A stretch of DNA of 64,000 nucleotides from an uncultured bacterium (GCA_963848965.1 CAWKFG010000001.1:544001-608000); one strand, 5' to 3'. Shown: positions 1-9,924, counted from the first letter of the stretch. The notes: generated from the sequence alone by a model not told the origin. Numbers and translations are program-made.

Positions 1-14
1 TTTTTTATACTTGT

Positions 15-111
15 AAAGAAAACCACCGCATTGATGGAAATCATCAATGCGGTGGAAAAAAGGAGAGTAGTAATGAAGCCTAGGTTAAAAGTTAATGATT
101 TATCACTAACT
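15..111 (-). ncRNA. Candidate ~95-nt small RNA
   Basis: Minus-strand TTGACA (145-140), 16 nt, CATACT (123-118), then a short tract with a CU-rich CTACTCTCCTTTTT motif, ending in a 14-bp hairpin plus U-tract. Confidence 0.4.
23..55 (-). terminator. Rho-independent terminator
   Basis: CCACCGCATTGATG-gaaat-CATCAATGCGGTGG perfect 14-bp stem; TTTTCTTT follows on the minus strand. Confidence 0.7.
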
Positions 112-219
112 AATTTTAGTATGAATGAAATTTCAAAAATGTCAAATTATTTTTTTAATTGCTCTCTAAGAGATAAGGGCTTTTTATCTCTTATTTTCTA
201 TTTAGGATGACAAATAGGG

Positions 220-1311
220 TTAATTTGTGCTGTTGAGAGGCAGGAGAGAAATGTACTGGGGAGCATGAGAAAAAAGTTGTGTTTGAAGAAAATCTGGTAC
301 AAAAGTAAAGGTCATGATAACTTGGCTTGAGAGGCGAATGAGAAGAGGAAGAAGAACGCTTGCTTTAGCTTCGTCAAAATCTGCCATAAAATCATCAACT
401 AAAAAGACTATTTTATGATCATGAATAAGCTGTGCTTGTGCAAGCTTTAGCATGAAAACAATGAGTTTCTGTTGCCCTCGGGAAGCATAGGTACGAGATT
501 CTTTTTGTTGAAATATTAATAAAAAATCATCAAGATGGGCTCCAAAGAGAGAACGGCGCTGTGCTCGTTCATGCTCGCTCAGCGAAGGATACCGTTCAAG
601 AAGCTCTTGTGCGCTCGTAACTACTGCAGTATAGGGGCGAGCGTACTGATACTGAATGGTAATACCATAGGCGGCGCCAATAACTTCATGAGCAAGTGTA
701 GATGCTTCTTTTTCAAGTTGCGCTAAAAGAGATTGCCGTTGTTCTTGAATGTGCTTACTTGTAGTAAGGAGCTGGGAGGTCCATAAGAGATAAGAGTCAT
801 GATCAAAGTTGTACTGTGCCAGCAGAGCATTTCTATTGTCAAGAATCTGGCGGTATTTGCGCAGTAAGGCAGTATATGAAGGATCCTGAAGAACGAGCAT
901 CTGATCTACAAATGCTCGGCGTACTGCTGGTGCTCCACGCACAATAAGCAAATCATCTTCTGTGATAGTAATTGCTTTGTATGTTGTATAAAGCTCTTTA
1001 AAAGAATGAAGTGGCTTTTGATTGAGTTTTACAAGTCGTTTGGTGCGGGTAATGCTCGCTTGGAGTGTATCAAGCGCATAGTCAGATGCTATAGTAGCAG
1101 TTATAGAAAATCCTTCATCAGAATTATGAATAAGCTCTTTTGTTATATGGGTTTTAAATGAGCGTAAATAGCATAGAAAGTGTAAAGCTTCTAAAACAGA
1201 TGTTTTGCCTGAGCCATTAGGACCGGTAATAAGTACTATAGAGCTTTCAAAATCTAAAGATAATGATGTAAAGCAGCGAAAGTTTCTCAGCTGCACTGAT
1301 GTAATATGCAC
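220..1311 (-). CDS. recF: DNA replication/repair protein RecF
   Basis: N-terminal LRNFRCF, Walker A GPNGSGKT, GAHLDD and SRGQQK motifs, degenerate LVDDFMADFD; follows dnaN. Confidence 0.95.
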   Translation of the reverse strand: MHITSVQLRNFRCFTSLSLDFESSIVLITGPNGSGKTSVLEALHFLCYLRSFKTHITKELIHNSDEGFSITATIASDYALDTLQASITRTKRLVKLNQKPLHSFKELYTTYKAITITEDDLLIVRGAPAVRRAFVDQMLVLQDPSYTALLRKYRQILDNRNALLAQYNFDHDSYLLWTSQLLTTSKHIQEQRQSLLAQLEKEASTLAHEVIGAAYGITIQYQYARPYTAVVTSAQELLERYPSLSEHERAQRRSLFGAHLDDFLLIFQQKESRTYASRGQQKLIVFMLKLAQAQLIHDHKIVFLVDDFMADFDEAKASVLLPLLIRLSSQVIMTFTFVPDFLQTQLFSHAPQYISLLPLNSTN

Positions 1312-1319
1312 ACAAACCC

Positions 1320-2438
1320 TTAAGAAGTTGGCGATACCGGCATTACTAAATAGGTCATACGATAACCACCTCCTGTAGATTCAAAAATAATGGGAGTTGT
1401 ACTACTTTTAAGGAAAAACGTAATATCAGAATCATTAAATGCCTGAAGGCCACTTAACAAATAAGGTGCATAAAAACGAACATCAACATGTGCACCAGAG
1501 TCATTAAGGAGCGGTAGCTGTTCATCAAGTGTTCCTACTTCTTTATTCTGCATAGAGACACGAAGCATGTTATCATTAAATGAGAACTTTGTTGCAATAA
1601 ACTGGTTTGAAAGCAGACATGCAGAACGTCTTAATGTTTTAATGAAGCGAGAGCGGTCAAGCGTTGCAGGTGAGAATGCATTTTTATCAAGAATAGTTCT
1701 ATAGTTAGGAAACTGGTCTGCAAGAAGCTTCGTAAAAAAGTTAAAAAGCTCACCGGAGAAGACAAGTTGGTTGCCACATACACCTAAAAAAAGCGTAGTA
1801 TCTTGACAAGTCTCGATAATCTTTTTTAACTCAAAAATAGCTCTACGTGGTAAAAGCCATGTACGAGTTTCGTTGAATGAGCTTAAAGAACAACTTACTT
1901 GAGCAAGGCAATGACCATCGGTTGTTGTCATGGTAAGTGCATTCTGAGCAACTTCAAGAAGAAGGCCATTAAGTGCAGAATTGGCATTGCTTTGAGGAAT
2001 TAAAAATGCAACGCTTTCAAGCATTTTACGGAGCAGCGGTGCATCAAAGTGCATAAGATTTTCAATACGCTCAGGAAAGGGAGGAAACTCTTGTGCATCT
2101 TTAATATTAAGTGCAAGATTAACATCTCCTGCTTGAAGCGAAAGCTGATGGTGTGTAATTGTACATGAAATAGGTCCTTCAAGCTCTTTGATAACTTCCC
2201 AAATACGACGACCGGAGACAAGAAACGAATGCGCTTTTTCTAAAGTGCTTTCGATAAGTGAGCAGCTTGCTTGAAGACTAATTTCTAAGTCAGTACTCTT
2301 TAATACAAGCTCCTTATGTCCTACATGAAAAAGGATATTAGCAGTTGCATCAAGCGCAGTTCGCTTTGAGCAAATAGGCTGCATAGAAGCAAGAAGATTT
2401 AAGAGAGACTTTTGATCGACAATAAAACTTTTTTCCAT
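1320..2438 (-). CDS. dnaN: DNA polymerase III beta sliding clamp
   Basis: 372 aa; STDLEIS, TTDGHCL, FPNY and C-terminal YLVMPV motifs; upstream of recF. Confidence 0.95.
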   Translation of the reverse strand: MEKSFIVDQKSLLNLLASMQPICSKRTALDATANILFHVGHKELVLKSTDLEISLQASCSLIESTLEKAHSFLVSGRRIWEVIKELEGPISCTITHHQLSLQAGDVNLALNIKDAQEFPPFPERIENLMHFDAPLLRKMLESVAFLIPQSNANSALNGLLLEVAQNALTMTTTDGHCLAQVSCSLSSFNETRTWLLPRRAIFELKKIIETCQDTTLFLGVCGNQLVFSGELFNFFTKLLADQFPNYRTILDKNAFSPATLDRSRFIKTLRRSACLLSNQFIATKFSFNDNMLRVSMQNKEVGTLDEQLPLLNDSGAHVDVRFYAPYLLSGLQAFNDSDITFFLKSSTTPIIFESTGGGYRMTYLVMPVSPTS

Positions 2439-2708
2439 AAAAAACCGTACTACATAATCTCTTGAGGGTGAACAAATTCTTGTATATGAATGTAGTATAG
2501 CATGCAGAAAAAAAGTTTGAAGGGAAAGTCACTGTCAAAACTCTTGTTGCTCTCTTTTGTGCTATAGTATCCTAAAAGCAGTAATTATAAGAAGTTAAAT
2601 ATCTGCTATCACATCCTAGAGAACAGAGCTTATAAAAGCCTCTGTTAACCTCGGTGTCTACTGAAAGCCAGATCTTTAGCATTTTTGGCTATAAGGAGAA
2701 TAAATACT

Positions 2709-3626
2709 ATGTATATTCTTATAAATGCTCTCTTTTTTTGCTCTCAAATTTTTGCACAAGCAGGCACCATTGAAACAACATTTACTCCATTTCCAGGAAT
2801 TAGTGCAGAAGATGTTGCTCTTGATAGTCAAGGAAGAATTATCGTAGTAGGTACAGCAGGTAGTGTAGTGCGTTATGCTCCTACAGGAGTTATTGAAACT
2901 ATTTTTGATACATTTCCAGGGATAAAAGCACAAGCCGTAGTTATTGATGCACAAGATAGGGTACTTGTAGGTGGTAAAGCAGGAGTGCTTGTACGGTATT
3001 CCGTTACAGGAACAATTGAGACAACATTTGTACCATTTCTAGGTATAGATATTCAAGATCTCGCCTTAGATAGTGTAGGACGTATTATTGCTGTAGGTTT
3101 ACAGGGCCAAGTAGTACGATATCTTCCTACAGGAGTTCTTGAGACGACATTTGACACATTTCCTGGTATAAAAGCAAAGGCTCTTGCTCTTGTTACAGCG
3201 CAGAGAGCCACGGTTGTAGGACTACAGAGCTTTGTTATACGGTATACTACAACAGGACTACTAGGGACAACCTTTGGTTCTTTTCCGGGCATACGAGCAG
3301 AGGCGGTAGTTATAGATGCTCAGCAAAGAAGTATAGTAGGTGGTACTAACAGTGTTATTGTGCGATATACTCCAGCGGGAATTATTGAAACGACATTTAC
3401 TCCTTTTCCTGGCGTTCGTGTTCAAGCATTGGTAATTGATGCACAAGGCCGCACTATTGCAGGAGGGCTGCAAGGACAAATAGTAAGGTATACACCTGGA
3501 GGTGTCCAGCAGCTGGTATTTGATTCTTTTCCTGGTATAAAATGTAAAGCGCTTGCTTTAGATGCACAACAAAGACTTATTGCCGTAGGAAAGCAAGGTG
3601 TAGTTGTGCGCTATATCACAACGTAA
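2709..3626 (+). CDS. Secreted ~41-aa repeat beta-propeller (delta-60-repeat-like), 7 blades
   Basis: Signal peptide, then 7 repeats of GxIETTFxxFPGIxAxxxxxDxQxRxxVxGxxGxVVRYxxT; start moved to the ATG after AAGGAG. Confidence 0.75.
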   Translation: MYILINALFFCSQIFAQAGTIETTFTPFPGISAEDVALDSQGRIIVVGTAGSVVRYAPTGVIETIFDTFPGIKAQAVVIDAQDRVLVGGKAGVLVRYSVTGTIETTFVPFLGIDIQDLALDSVGRIIAVGLQGQVVRYLPTGVLETTFDTFPGIKAKALALVTAQRATVVGLQSFVIRYTTTGLLGTTFGSFPGIRAEAVVIDAQQRSIVGGTNSVIVRYTPAGIIETTFTPFPGVRVQALVIDAQGRTIAGGLQGQIVRYTPGGVQQLVFDSFPGIKCKALALDAQQRLIAVGKQGVVVRYITT

Positions 3627-3679
3627 TTGGCCAATTACAGTACACTTATTTTGTAATAAAAGTAGTTTTGTAGGTCTGC

Positions 3680-4666
3680 CTATTTAACTGCACCTGCATT
3701 TTGGAGCATTTCTACTATATCCTTATGTCCTCTTTCATTTGCAAGCTTTAAGGCAGTATAACCTATTGTAGTTGCAATAGTAGCATCAGCTCCTTTTGCT
3801 AGAAGTAGTGTTACTAAATCTTTATCTCCTTGTTCTGCTGCATACATTAAGGCTGTATATCCATTGATATTTTGAGCATTAACATCAGCGCCTGCATCTA
3901 TCAGCATTTTAGCTATTTCATTCGATCCCCAATTTATAGCCATCATTAAAGGAGTATAGCCCCATGTATCTTTAACATCAACGTCACTACCTTTATTCAG
4001 GAGATCTTTGGCTGTTTTATTATCGCCCCTTTTTGCTGCATCAATAAGTTGTACGTGTTCTCGCCATAATAAAGCACCAGGAGTTCCTAATGCTGCAGCT
4101 ATAGTTATATCTGGATCTTTGTGATATATCTGTTGATTGCCTAATACTTTAATAAGGTGTCTGTTAAAATCAGGGTTGTCAAATAGAAAAGAAAGATTTT
4201 TATTTATAGCTAAGCCAAGTAGAAATCTTAGAGCCGTATCATAGTCGTAACCATATATAGAAAATTGTTCAATTCGTTTTAGGTCTAAAAATAGTTCTTG
4301 AAATTGAGGGGTGTTAATTAGATGAGCAACTATTTTATTGTGGGCTAGTGCTTCTAGCTTCTGTAAAACTTCTTTTATGCTATTAGCTCGTTTTATCTCT
4401 TTTGGTAGTGAAAGTAACTGTTGAAACTCAGAAGTCTGTAATGCAGGGGCTAATTGCTTTACTTTGGCTAATTCCTGCAGATTTTTTAGTACTTCATTAA
4501 GAGATTTAGCTGTTTGTGTTTGAGCTATAAATTGAGAGAGTAGCTCTTTTAGCTCTTGGGGTAAAAGGGCTAAATAACTTTGTTGTTCTGATTTTCTCCA
4601 AGGCTTTATACCTAAAGTAGTAATAAAAAGTCCAAATGGTAAGATATAGAGTAAAATTTTTATCAT
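3680..4666 (-). CDS. Signal peptide + F-box-like + helical + ankyrin-repeat protein (family member)
   Basis: SYLALLPQELKELLSQF, FDNPDFNR, LGTPGAL, and ankyrin repeats (GYTPLMMA, GYTALMYA). Confidence 0.85.
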   Translation of the reverse strand: MIKILLYILPFGLFITTLGIKPWRKSEQQSYLALLPQELKELLSQFIAQTQTAKSLNEVLKNLQELAKVKQLAPALQTSEFQQLLSLPKEIKRANSIKEVLQKLEALAHNKIVAHLINTPQFQELFLDLKRIEQFSIYGYDYDTALRFLLGLAINKNLSFLFDNPDFNRHLIKVLGNQQIYHKDPDITIAAALGTPGALLWREHVQLIDAAKRGDNKTAKDLLNKGSDVDVKDTWGYTPLMMAINWGSNEIAKMLIDAGADVNAQNINGYTALMYAAEQGDKDLVTLLLAKGADATIATTIGYTALKLANERGHKDIVEMLQNAGAVK

Positions 4667-4676
4667 TAAGAATCCT

Positions 4677-4704
4677 TTTATTTATTTATTTATTTATTTA
4701 TTTA
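4677..4704. repeat. (TTTA)7 microsatellite in the 5' leader of the ankyrin gene
   Basis: Seven exact TTTA units directly upstream of the AAGGA RBS of 3680..4666. Confidence 0.9.
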
Positions 4705-4861
4705 TAGTATTGCTTTTTTAAAAATGAAAAATCAATAAAAATATTTGAAATTTAAATTAGAGTGAAGAGAAACAAGAAACATCTTCTCATAGTATTGACA
4801 GCTTAGACTGTGTTTTTATATTATTAATAGAAATAATATTTACAAAATAAAAGGAGATTTC

Positions 4862-5650
4862 ATGAAGTATGCTTTATTACTCATAACCACGTTTGCTGGA
4901 AGCATCTTTGCGCAAAATGCAGCAAGCAAAGACCCTAGCGCTCTTGTTGCACCTCCACCACTTTCAAAGATGTTACCAGGAGTTACAGCAGCAGCTTCTC
5001 GGCCAGTTAAAGTTGAGTCTATGCAAGATGAGATTAATTTTTGGTCACAACAGTTTGTAGATCACACTCGTTATCTTGAAGCTGCGTTTAAAAAGATGGC
5101 TCCTAACATTAGTAATAAAGCAGCAAAGCTTCGTGAAAAGCTTATGAGATTTAGAAACGATTTGAAAACAACACGATCACTTGGAAAAGATGGTAATCAA
5201 GAATATAGAACTATGGTAAAAGATCTTATCAGCCTTAAAAAAGATGCTCTTGATTCCCTGAGTGCAGCACCAAAAGGTATGAGAGTTAATTTACTAAAAG
5301 CTTTAGTAAAGCATATGATTGAAGAAGGTGATTATCATATGCAGAACTTAGAAGGAGTTAAAAGATCTGCAGCACAAGAGCGAGGATTCTGGGCTAGGCA
5401 TGATAAAGAAGTAGCAGAACTTAATACTCTTAAACCTGTTTCTGGTCGTGAAGAAAGTAAAATTATTGACCAGTTAATGAAAATGGGTCTTAAAGATCAT
5501 GAAGTGCGTGAAGATTCCTATGCACTATCTAAAATCTCACGACGAAGAACAGCAGAAAAACCTGTTGCAACACGACGTGGCGTGAGAGAAGATCAAGGAC
5601 AAAGAGCAGATCTTCCTGGACGCCAAGAGCGTGCAGAGATGCAACGCTAG
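4862..5650 (+). CDS. Secreted DUF2935-like helical protein
   Basis: Signal peptide; EINFWSQQFVDH, KHMIEEGDY and ERGFW motifs resemble DUF2935. Confidence 0.5.
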   Translation: MKYALLLITTFAGSIFAQNAASKDPSALVAPPPLSKMLPGVTAAASRPVKVESMQDEINFWSQQFVDHTRYLEAAFKKMAPNISNKAAKLREKLMRFRNDLKTTRSLGKDGNQEYRTMVKDLISLKKDALDSLSAAPKGMRVNLLKALVKHMIEEGDYHMQNLEGVKRSAAQERGFWARHDKEVAELNTLKPVSGREESKIIDQLMKMGLKDHEVREDSYALSKISRRRTAEKPVATRRGVREDQGQRADLPGRQERAEMQR

Positions 5651-5668
5651 TAAGAGATACGCTATTGA

Positions 5669-5693
5669 GAGGGCCCCAAACGGGCCCTTTTTT
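5669..5693 (+). terminator. Intrinsic terminator between convergent genes
   Basis: AGGGCCC-caaac-GGGCCCT followed by a T-run. Confidence 0.75.
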
Positions 5694-6429
5694 ATGACCG
5701 AGGATGTTTTCTTGTATAGGTTTCTTTTAACTCAGGCTCTGTAGTAAAAGAAGAATTATCTATAAGATGTAAAGATTCCTGCGGAGCTAAGACTGTTTTG
5801 AGCAATGACCACAATGCTTGGCGGGATATAGGCTTTATAAAAGAGCCACTTTTTACTGGAAACAGATAGGGAGAAACAAAAGGGATGCACGTTTGGTAGC
5901 TCTTAAAAAAAACAAAAAATTGTTCTGAAAGCTCAATAGAGCGAATACGTTTGCCATCCTTTATTTTTATACAGCGAGTTTGGTCGCAAAAGTCAGCTAT
6001 ATGAAGATTGTGTATCCTTGTAATTCCTAGCTTTCCTGTAGCAAGAAGAGAAAGTAGTATACATAAGCGAAGCTCATGATACGTTGTTCCCTTTTTGTAC
6101 TGCTCTATGAGCTCTGCCAGTTTCTCTAGAGAGTACTTATTGCAAGAAGCTAAAAGCGGTGTAAAATCTGGAAATTTATGCTGCTCTGTAAGGTATATAA
6201 AAAAGTATCGTAGTGCAGCATTTTTTCGATTTATAGTAGCTATACTTACTTTTCTTTTTAAAAGAAAGGCAAAATAATCACTCACTTCTTGTGTTGTAAG
6301 AGAATCAAGCATATAGCCAGAACTATGAAGAAATTGAATGAACTCTTGAATATCACGCCTATAGGCAAGGCGTGTATTGGCAGAATACGAGCTTAAAGAT
6401 TGTTCAAAAGAGACTAATAGCATATCCAT
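5692..6429 (-). CDS. Degenerate XerD/XerC-like tyrosine recombinase lacking catalytic residues
   Basis: SANTRLAYRRDI, ATINRKNAALRYFF, LATG, YLFP, ISRQALW and C-terminal YTRKHPRS are Xer hallmarks; the box I Arg, HxLRH and LGH..Y are absent. Confidence 0.75.
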   Translation of the reverse strand: MDMLLVSFEQSLSSYSANTRLAYRRDIQEFIQFLHSSGYMLDSLTTQEVSDYFAFLLKRKVSIATINRKNAALRYFFIYLTEQHKFPDFTPLLASCNKYSLEKLAELIEQYKKGTTYHELRLCILLSLLATGKLGITRIHNLHIADFCDQTRCIKIKDGKRIRSIELSEQFFVFFKSYQTCIPFVSPYLFPVKSGSFIKPISRQALWSLLKTVLAPQESLHLIDNSSFTTEPELKETYTRKHPRS

Positions 6430-6568
6430 AGTGCGGTTTAGGATAAACTATTTTAAAATAAAGTGCAATGAGATTTTATCATAGACTATGCTTGAGTAGC
6501 TCTCGTATAATGCTTCTCTTGCATTTATTTCTCGTGTCTCTTTATTTTTTGCTTGATTAACAGTGCGT

Positions 6569-7120
6569 TTATTTAAGAGCAGTTTCATTCTTATTTTCAG
6601 TATCAGTTTGAGTTCTTACATGAGAAGCAGGAATAGCTTGACCATGTTCACTATGAGTGGTTTTTCCATAATAGAAAGGCTCTTTGGCTCCAAAGGCTGC
6701 TCCTATAAGTGTTAGATTGAGCGAGCTGCTGGGTTCGATGAAGATTGTTTGGCCTTTATGATTACCTTTTTCTATGATCATAGCTACTGCTGTTTCTGTT
6801 TTTGCAGGCTTCTGCAATTCTTCTTGCACGTTTTTAACCCATAGCCAGTCTATAGTAACATAACTTGTAGCGGGAGGGAGATTGTAACAAGTACGAAGGT
6901 TATTATAGTGACCTACAATCGCAAGCTGTTTTCTTTCTTCTCCATCGGTTGTAGAAAAGACAGAAGAGCTAAAGTACGATGGATTTTTAGTTATAGCCCA
7001 GTTAAGGCAGAAAAGAGCACTTCTTTTTTTCTCAAAATCTTCTTGTGAGTTTGATTTTTCCATACATAATAAAGAGCTACCTATAATGATAAATGATAAA
7101 AGTGTAAAAAAATACTTCAT
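6569..7120 (-). CDS. Secreted hypothetical protein
   Basis: Signal peptide followed by MEK; AAGG-type RBS. Confidence 0.7.
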   Translation of the reverse strand: MKYFFTLLSFIIIGSSLLCMEKSNSQEDFEKKRSALFCLNWAITKNPSYFSSSVFSTTDGEERKQLAIVGHYNNLRTCYNLPPATSYVTIDWLWVKNVQEELQKPAKTETAVAMIIEKGNHKGQTIFIEPSSSLNLTLIGAAFGAKEPFYYGKTTHSEHGQAIPASHVRTQTDTENKNETALK

Positions 7121-7398
7121 GAACTACCTTTATGGTTCTAATAGTTTATTGATCGTACATAGTTGTATATCTATAGCATATATGCAAAGCCATAATTGTC
7201 AATAATGAATTTTTTTTGCAAGAGTAAAAGCCAGACCTATTACTAGGCTAGCAAAAAATAGAAAGACTCTGTCCTCCTAAAGAATCAATGCAATTAACAG
7301 GTTTAGAGGTATTTTTAGTTTTTATTAGTAAACATTTTTCAAAATGTTCTTCTGTTTGTATATTTCAATCTGATATTATATATAAAAAGGAGAAACAT

Positions 7399-7584
7399 AT
7401 GGAAAGAAAAAAAACTGTGCCCTACCAAGAGGTAGATTTAGAAGAGAAACTAGGCCAAAGTACAGTGCCGCATTCACATAGTAAAAATACAGGTGCTGTT
7501 ACTACAACCGCTGAAGATATTGAAGGTTCTGGGGGTGTTCTAGAAGCAGAAGCAGGTGCTGCAGGTATTCGTGAATCAGAATAG
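7399..7584 (+). CDS. Small acidic hypothetical protein (61 aa)
   Basis: AAGGAG RBS before ATG 7399; abuts the next gene. Confidence 0.6.
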   Translation: MERKKTVPYQEVDLEEKLGQSTVPHSHSKNTGAVTTTAEDIEGSGGVLEAEAGAAGIRESE

Positions 7585-7592
7585 GGGAAGAA

Positions 7593-8420
7593 ATGGAATT
7601 GAAGCAACTGATAAGGTTAGATATTGATAATGATAAAGTATATGTTTTAGAGGCTGCGCAAGATAAGCTTATTATTAATAATGCCAATAATGGAGTTCTT
7701 ATCTTAAATGATGCTTTAACACTTATACAAGATGTTCCTTTGCTTGATGATTTACGTATTACATGGCTCTATAAGAGAGTTACTCAAGATGCTCTTTTAT
7801 TATATTGTTATGAAAATAATGTGCTTGTTCATCTCGATCTTCATACCTTTAAACATAGTCTTATTCTACTACCTGACGGATATCGTGGACAATTATTTTC
7901 ACCTCTTTACTATTGGAGCCATGACGATATTATTCTTTCTACAAGTAATAAGCTTCATAGAGTGAATGTTATAGATGCAACAATTGTAGAGATTGCTGAA
8001 ACCGATATTGAGGAAGATCATCTTGAATTTTATAAAGTATGGACTGAATTTCGCGAAAAAGAGATTATTTTCTACGATCCTACAGATTACTCGTTCCTTA
8101 TACGGGAAAAAGATTCTGTAGTATTTGAGCACTTTGATTTTATACGAGAAAGGCGTATTAAAAAAGAAATTCCATTAGTAGGGAATGTACGAGATGCTCA
8201 TTATCATAAAGGTCTTGTTACGCTTGTGTATGAACATCAGCTTGTTATTGTATCTATTGAAAATGAGTTCCATGTAAAACTTACTATGCAAGAGCAGTAT
8301 ATTTTTAGAAGTGCACGCTTTTTAGGAAGCTCATATAAAAAGTTAGCAGTTTTGTTTAATGATACTTCACGACCTAAGCATAGTGTGCTTAAAGTATATG
8401 AGATAGAGCAGAAAAAATGA
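7593..8420 (+). CDS. Hypothetical beta-rich protein
   Basis: 275-aa ORF with a GGGGA RBS; no recognisable motif. Confidence 0.7.
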   Translation: MELKQLIRLDIDNDKVYVLEAAQDKLIINNANNGVLILNDALTLIQDVPLLDDLRITWLYKRVTQDALLLYCYENNVLVHLDLHTFKHSLILLPDGYRGQLFSPLYYWSHDDIILSTSNKLHRVNVIDATIVEIAETDIEEDHLEFYKVWTEFREKEIIFYDPTDYSFLIREKDSVVFEHFDFIRERRIKKEIPLVGNVRDAHYHKGLVTLVYEHQLVIVSIENEFHVKLTMQEQYIFRSARFLGSSYKKLAVLFNDTSRPKHSVLKVYEIEQKK

Positions 8421-8485
8421 GGGTTGCCAGAGGACTATTTTTTGGAGTATGATAAATAAAAAATAAGGTATGGGGAGGGGGAGAT

Positions 8486-9355
8486 ATGAAATATACTAGC
8501 GTGCTGCTCTGTATAATGAGTTATCAGTTGTTACTAGCAGAACAGAAAGATATGATACAAGATTTACAAACGCCTACCGTTGTATTTATTCATGGTACTC
8601 TTTTTCCCTTCATTACTAAATTGATCCACAAGGTTGAATGTCCAAGGGGAATACATCTTGCACGTACTCTTAAAAATCAGAATGCATTAAAATATCTTTC
8701 TACATGGCTCCATGAAGCAGCAGAAAGAGAGTTTCCTTTTGATTCTTTTTACTTCTATGGATGGCCGGGTACCTTAAGTTTTAAAGATCGTTTAGAAGCA
8801 GCTGAAGAGCTGTATAACTTTTTGCGTACCTGTAAAACTCCTGTTACTATTATAGGACATAGTCATGGTTGTAATGTTGCTCTTTACCTTGCAAAAATAG
8901 CCGAAAAGTATCCCGAAATATCCTTGGTGATCGATAAATTAATTCTGCTTGCTTGTCCTGTGCAAGAAGTTACCGCTTCTTATATTCATGCTCCGCTCTT
9001 TAAACAGATTTACCATTTTTATTCTGCAGATGACTTTGCTCAAGTCTGTGATCCGCAAGGATTGTATGTAGATGCCTATAAGCACATTACAGGTTCGATA
9101 CCCTTTTTCTCACAGCGTACGTTTAAGCCTGCACCACACCTGGTTCAAGTACAGGTTCTTTTTAATAAGCAAAGTCCAGGACATAATGATTTTATTCTCA
9201 AAGAAGAGTTTTTGAAAAAATTACCAACGCTTGTCTCGCTTGTTCATAAAGAGGCATCTCGTAGAAATGTTCTTGACAAAGGAGCTCACTTTGTTCTTGA
9301 TATAGCTCCTTATAATGAACTTTCTCTTATTGAAAAGCCATTAGCAAAGGCTTAA
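8486..9355 (+). CDS. Secreted alpha/beta hydrolase
   Basis: Signal peptide; VVFIHG, GHSHG nucleophile elbow, late D and H (PGHND). Confidence 0.8.
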   Translation: MKYTSVLLCIMSYQLLLAEQKDMIQDLQTPTVVFIHGTLFPFITKLIHKVECPRGIHLARTLKNQNALKYLSTWLHEAAEREFPFDSFYFYGWPGTLSFKDRLEAAEELYNFLRTCKTPVTIIGHSHGCNVALYLAKIAEKYPEISLVIDKLILLACPVQEVTASYIHAPLFKQIYHFYSADDFAQVCDPQGLYVDAYKHITGSIPFFSQRTFKPAPHLVQVQVLFNKQSPGHNDFILKEEFLKKLPTLVSLVHKEASRRNVLDKGAHFVLDIAPYNELSLIEKPLAKA

Positions 9356-9924
9356 GTTATAGCTCTTTGTTTGAGCCATTCTATAATTTCTTGTTTTCGC
9401 ATCTCCTGGGCCCATAAGAGAGCTTTGTACAAGCAAGCGCCGTTTTGTAAAAGAAGCTCTACAACTGGTAGATGATTATTTTGTATAGCATATAGTAAAG
9501 CACGATTATCATGTTCACGTGCATTGGCGCCATGAGCTAAAAGAAGAGATGCTATTTCTCTCTTTCCGTGTAAAGCGGCAGCCATAAGAGCACAGCTCAG
9601 AGCAGAGGAATCAGTATAAAAAGGAAGAAGTTTTTGTACCATGTCCTTATTTCCTTTATGAGTAGCTGCAATAAGGGGAGATTTATCGTTATCATACACC
9701 TTGTGTCCATTGTTAATGTAACTTTCAAGCATAGAAACGTTTCCTTGCATAATCGGAATCATAAGGTAAAAATCGCCATGAACGGTACGTACCGGCTCTG
9801 TTTCTTTAAAACAAAATTTCTTGTGCGATGATCCTAAAGAAAAATTGTTTTTTGGTCTTTTCATTGCTTGTAATGAGTGCTGGCTATAAAGAAGTGCTAT
9901 AACAATGACTCTATATAGTTTCAT
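9352..9924 (-). CDS. Secreted ankyrin-repeat protein
   Basis: Signal peptide then MKRPK; SPLIAA, ALMAAALHG and ALLYAIQNNH repeats. Confidence 0.85.
   Translation of the reverse strand: MKLYRVIVIALLYSQHSLQAMKRPKNNFSLGSSHKKFCFKETEPVRTVHGDFYLMIPIMQGNVSMLESYINNGHKVYDNDKSPLIAATHKGNKDMVQKLLPFYTDSSALSCALMAAALHGKREIASLLLAHGANAREHDNRALLYAIQNNHLPVVELLLQNGACLYKALLWAQEMRKQEIIEWLKQRAIT

Noticed and set aside
2439..2684. oriC upstream of dnaN
   Set aside because: No DnaA boxes or dnaA seen, and no skew change at this point
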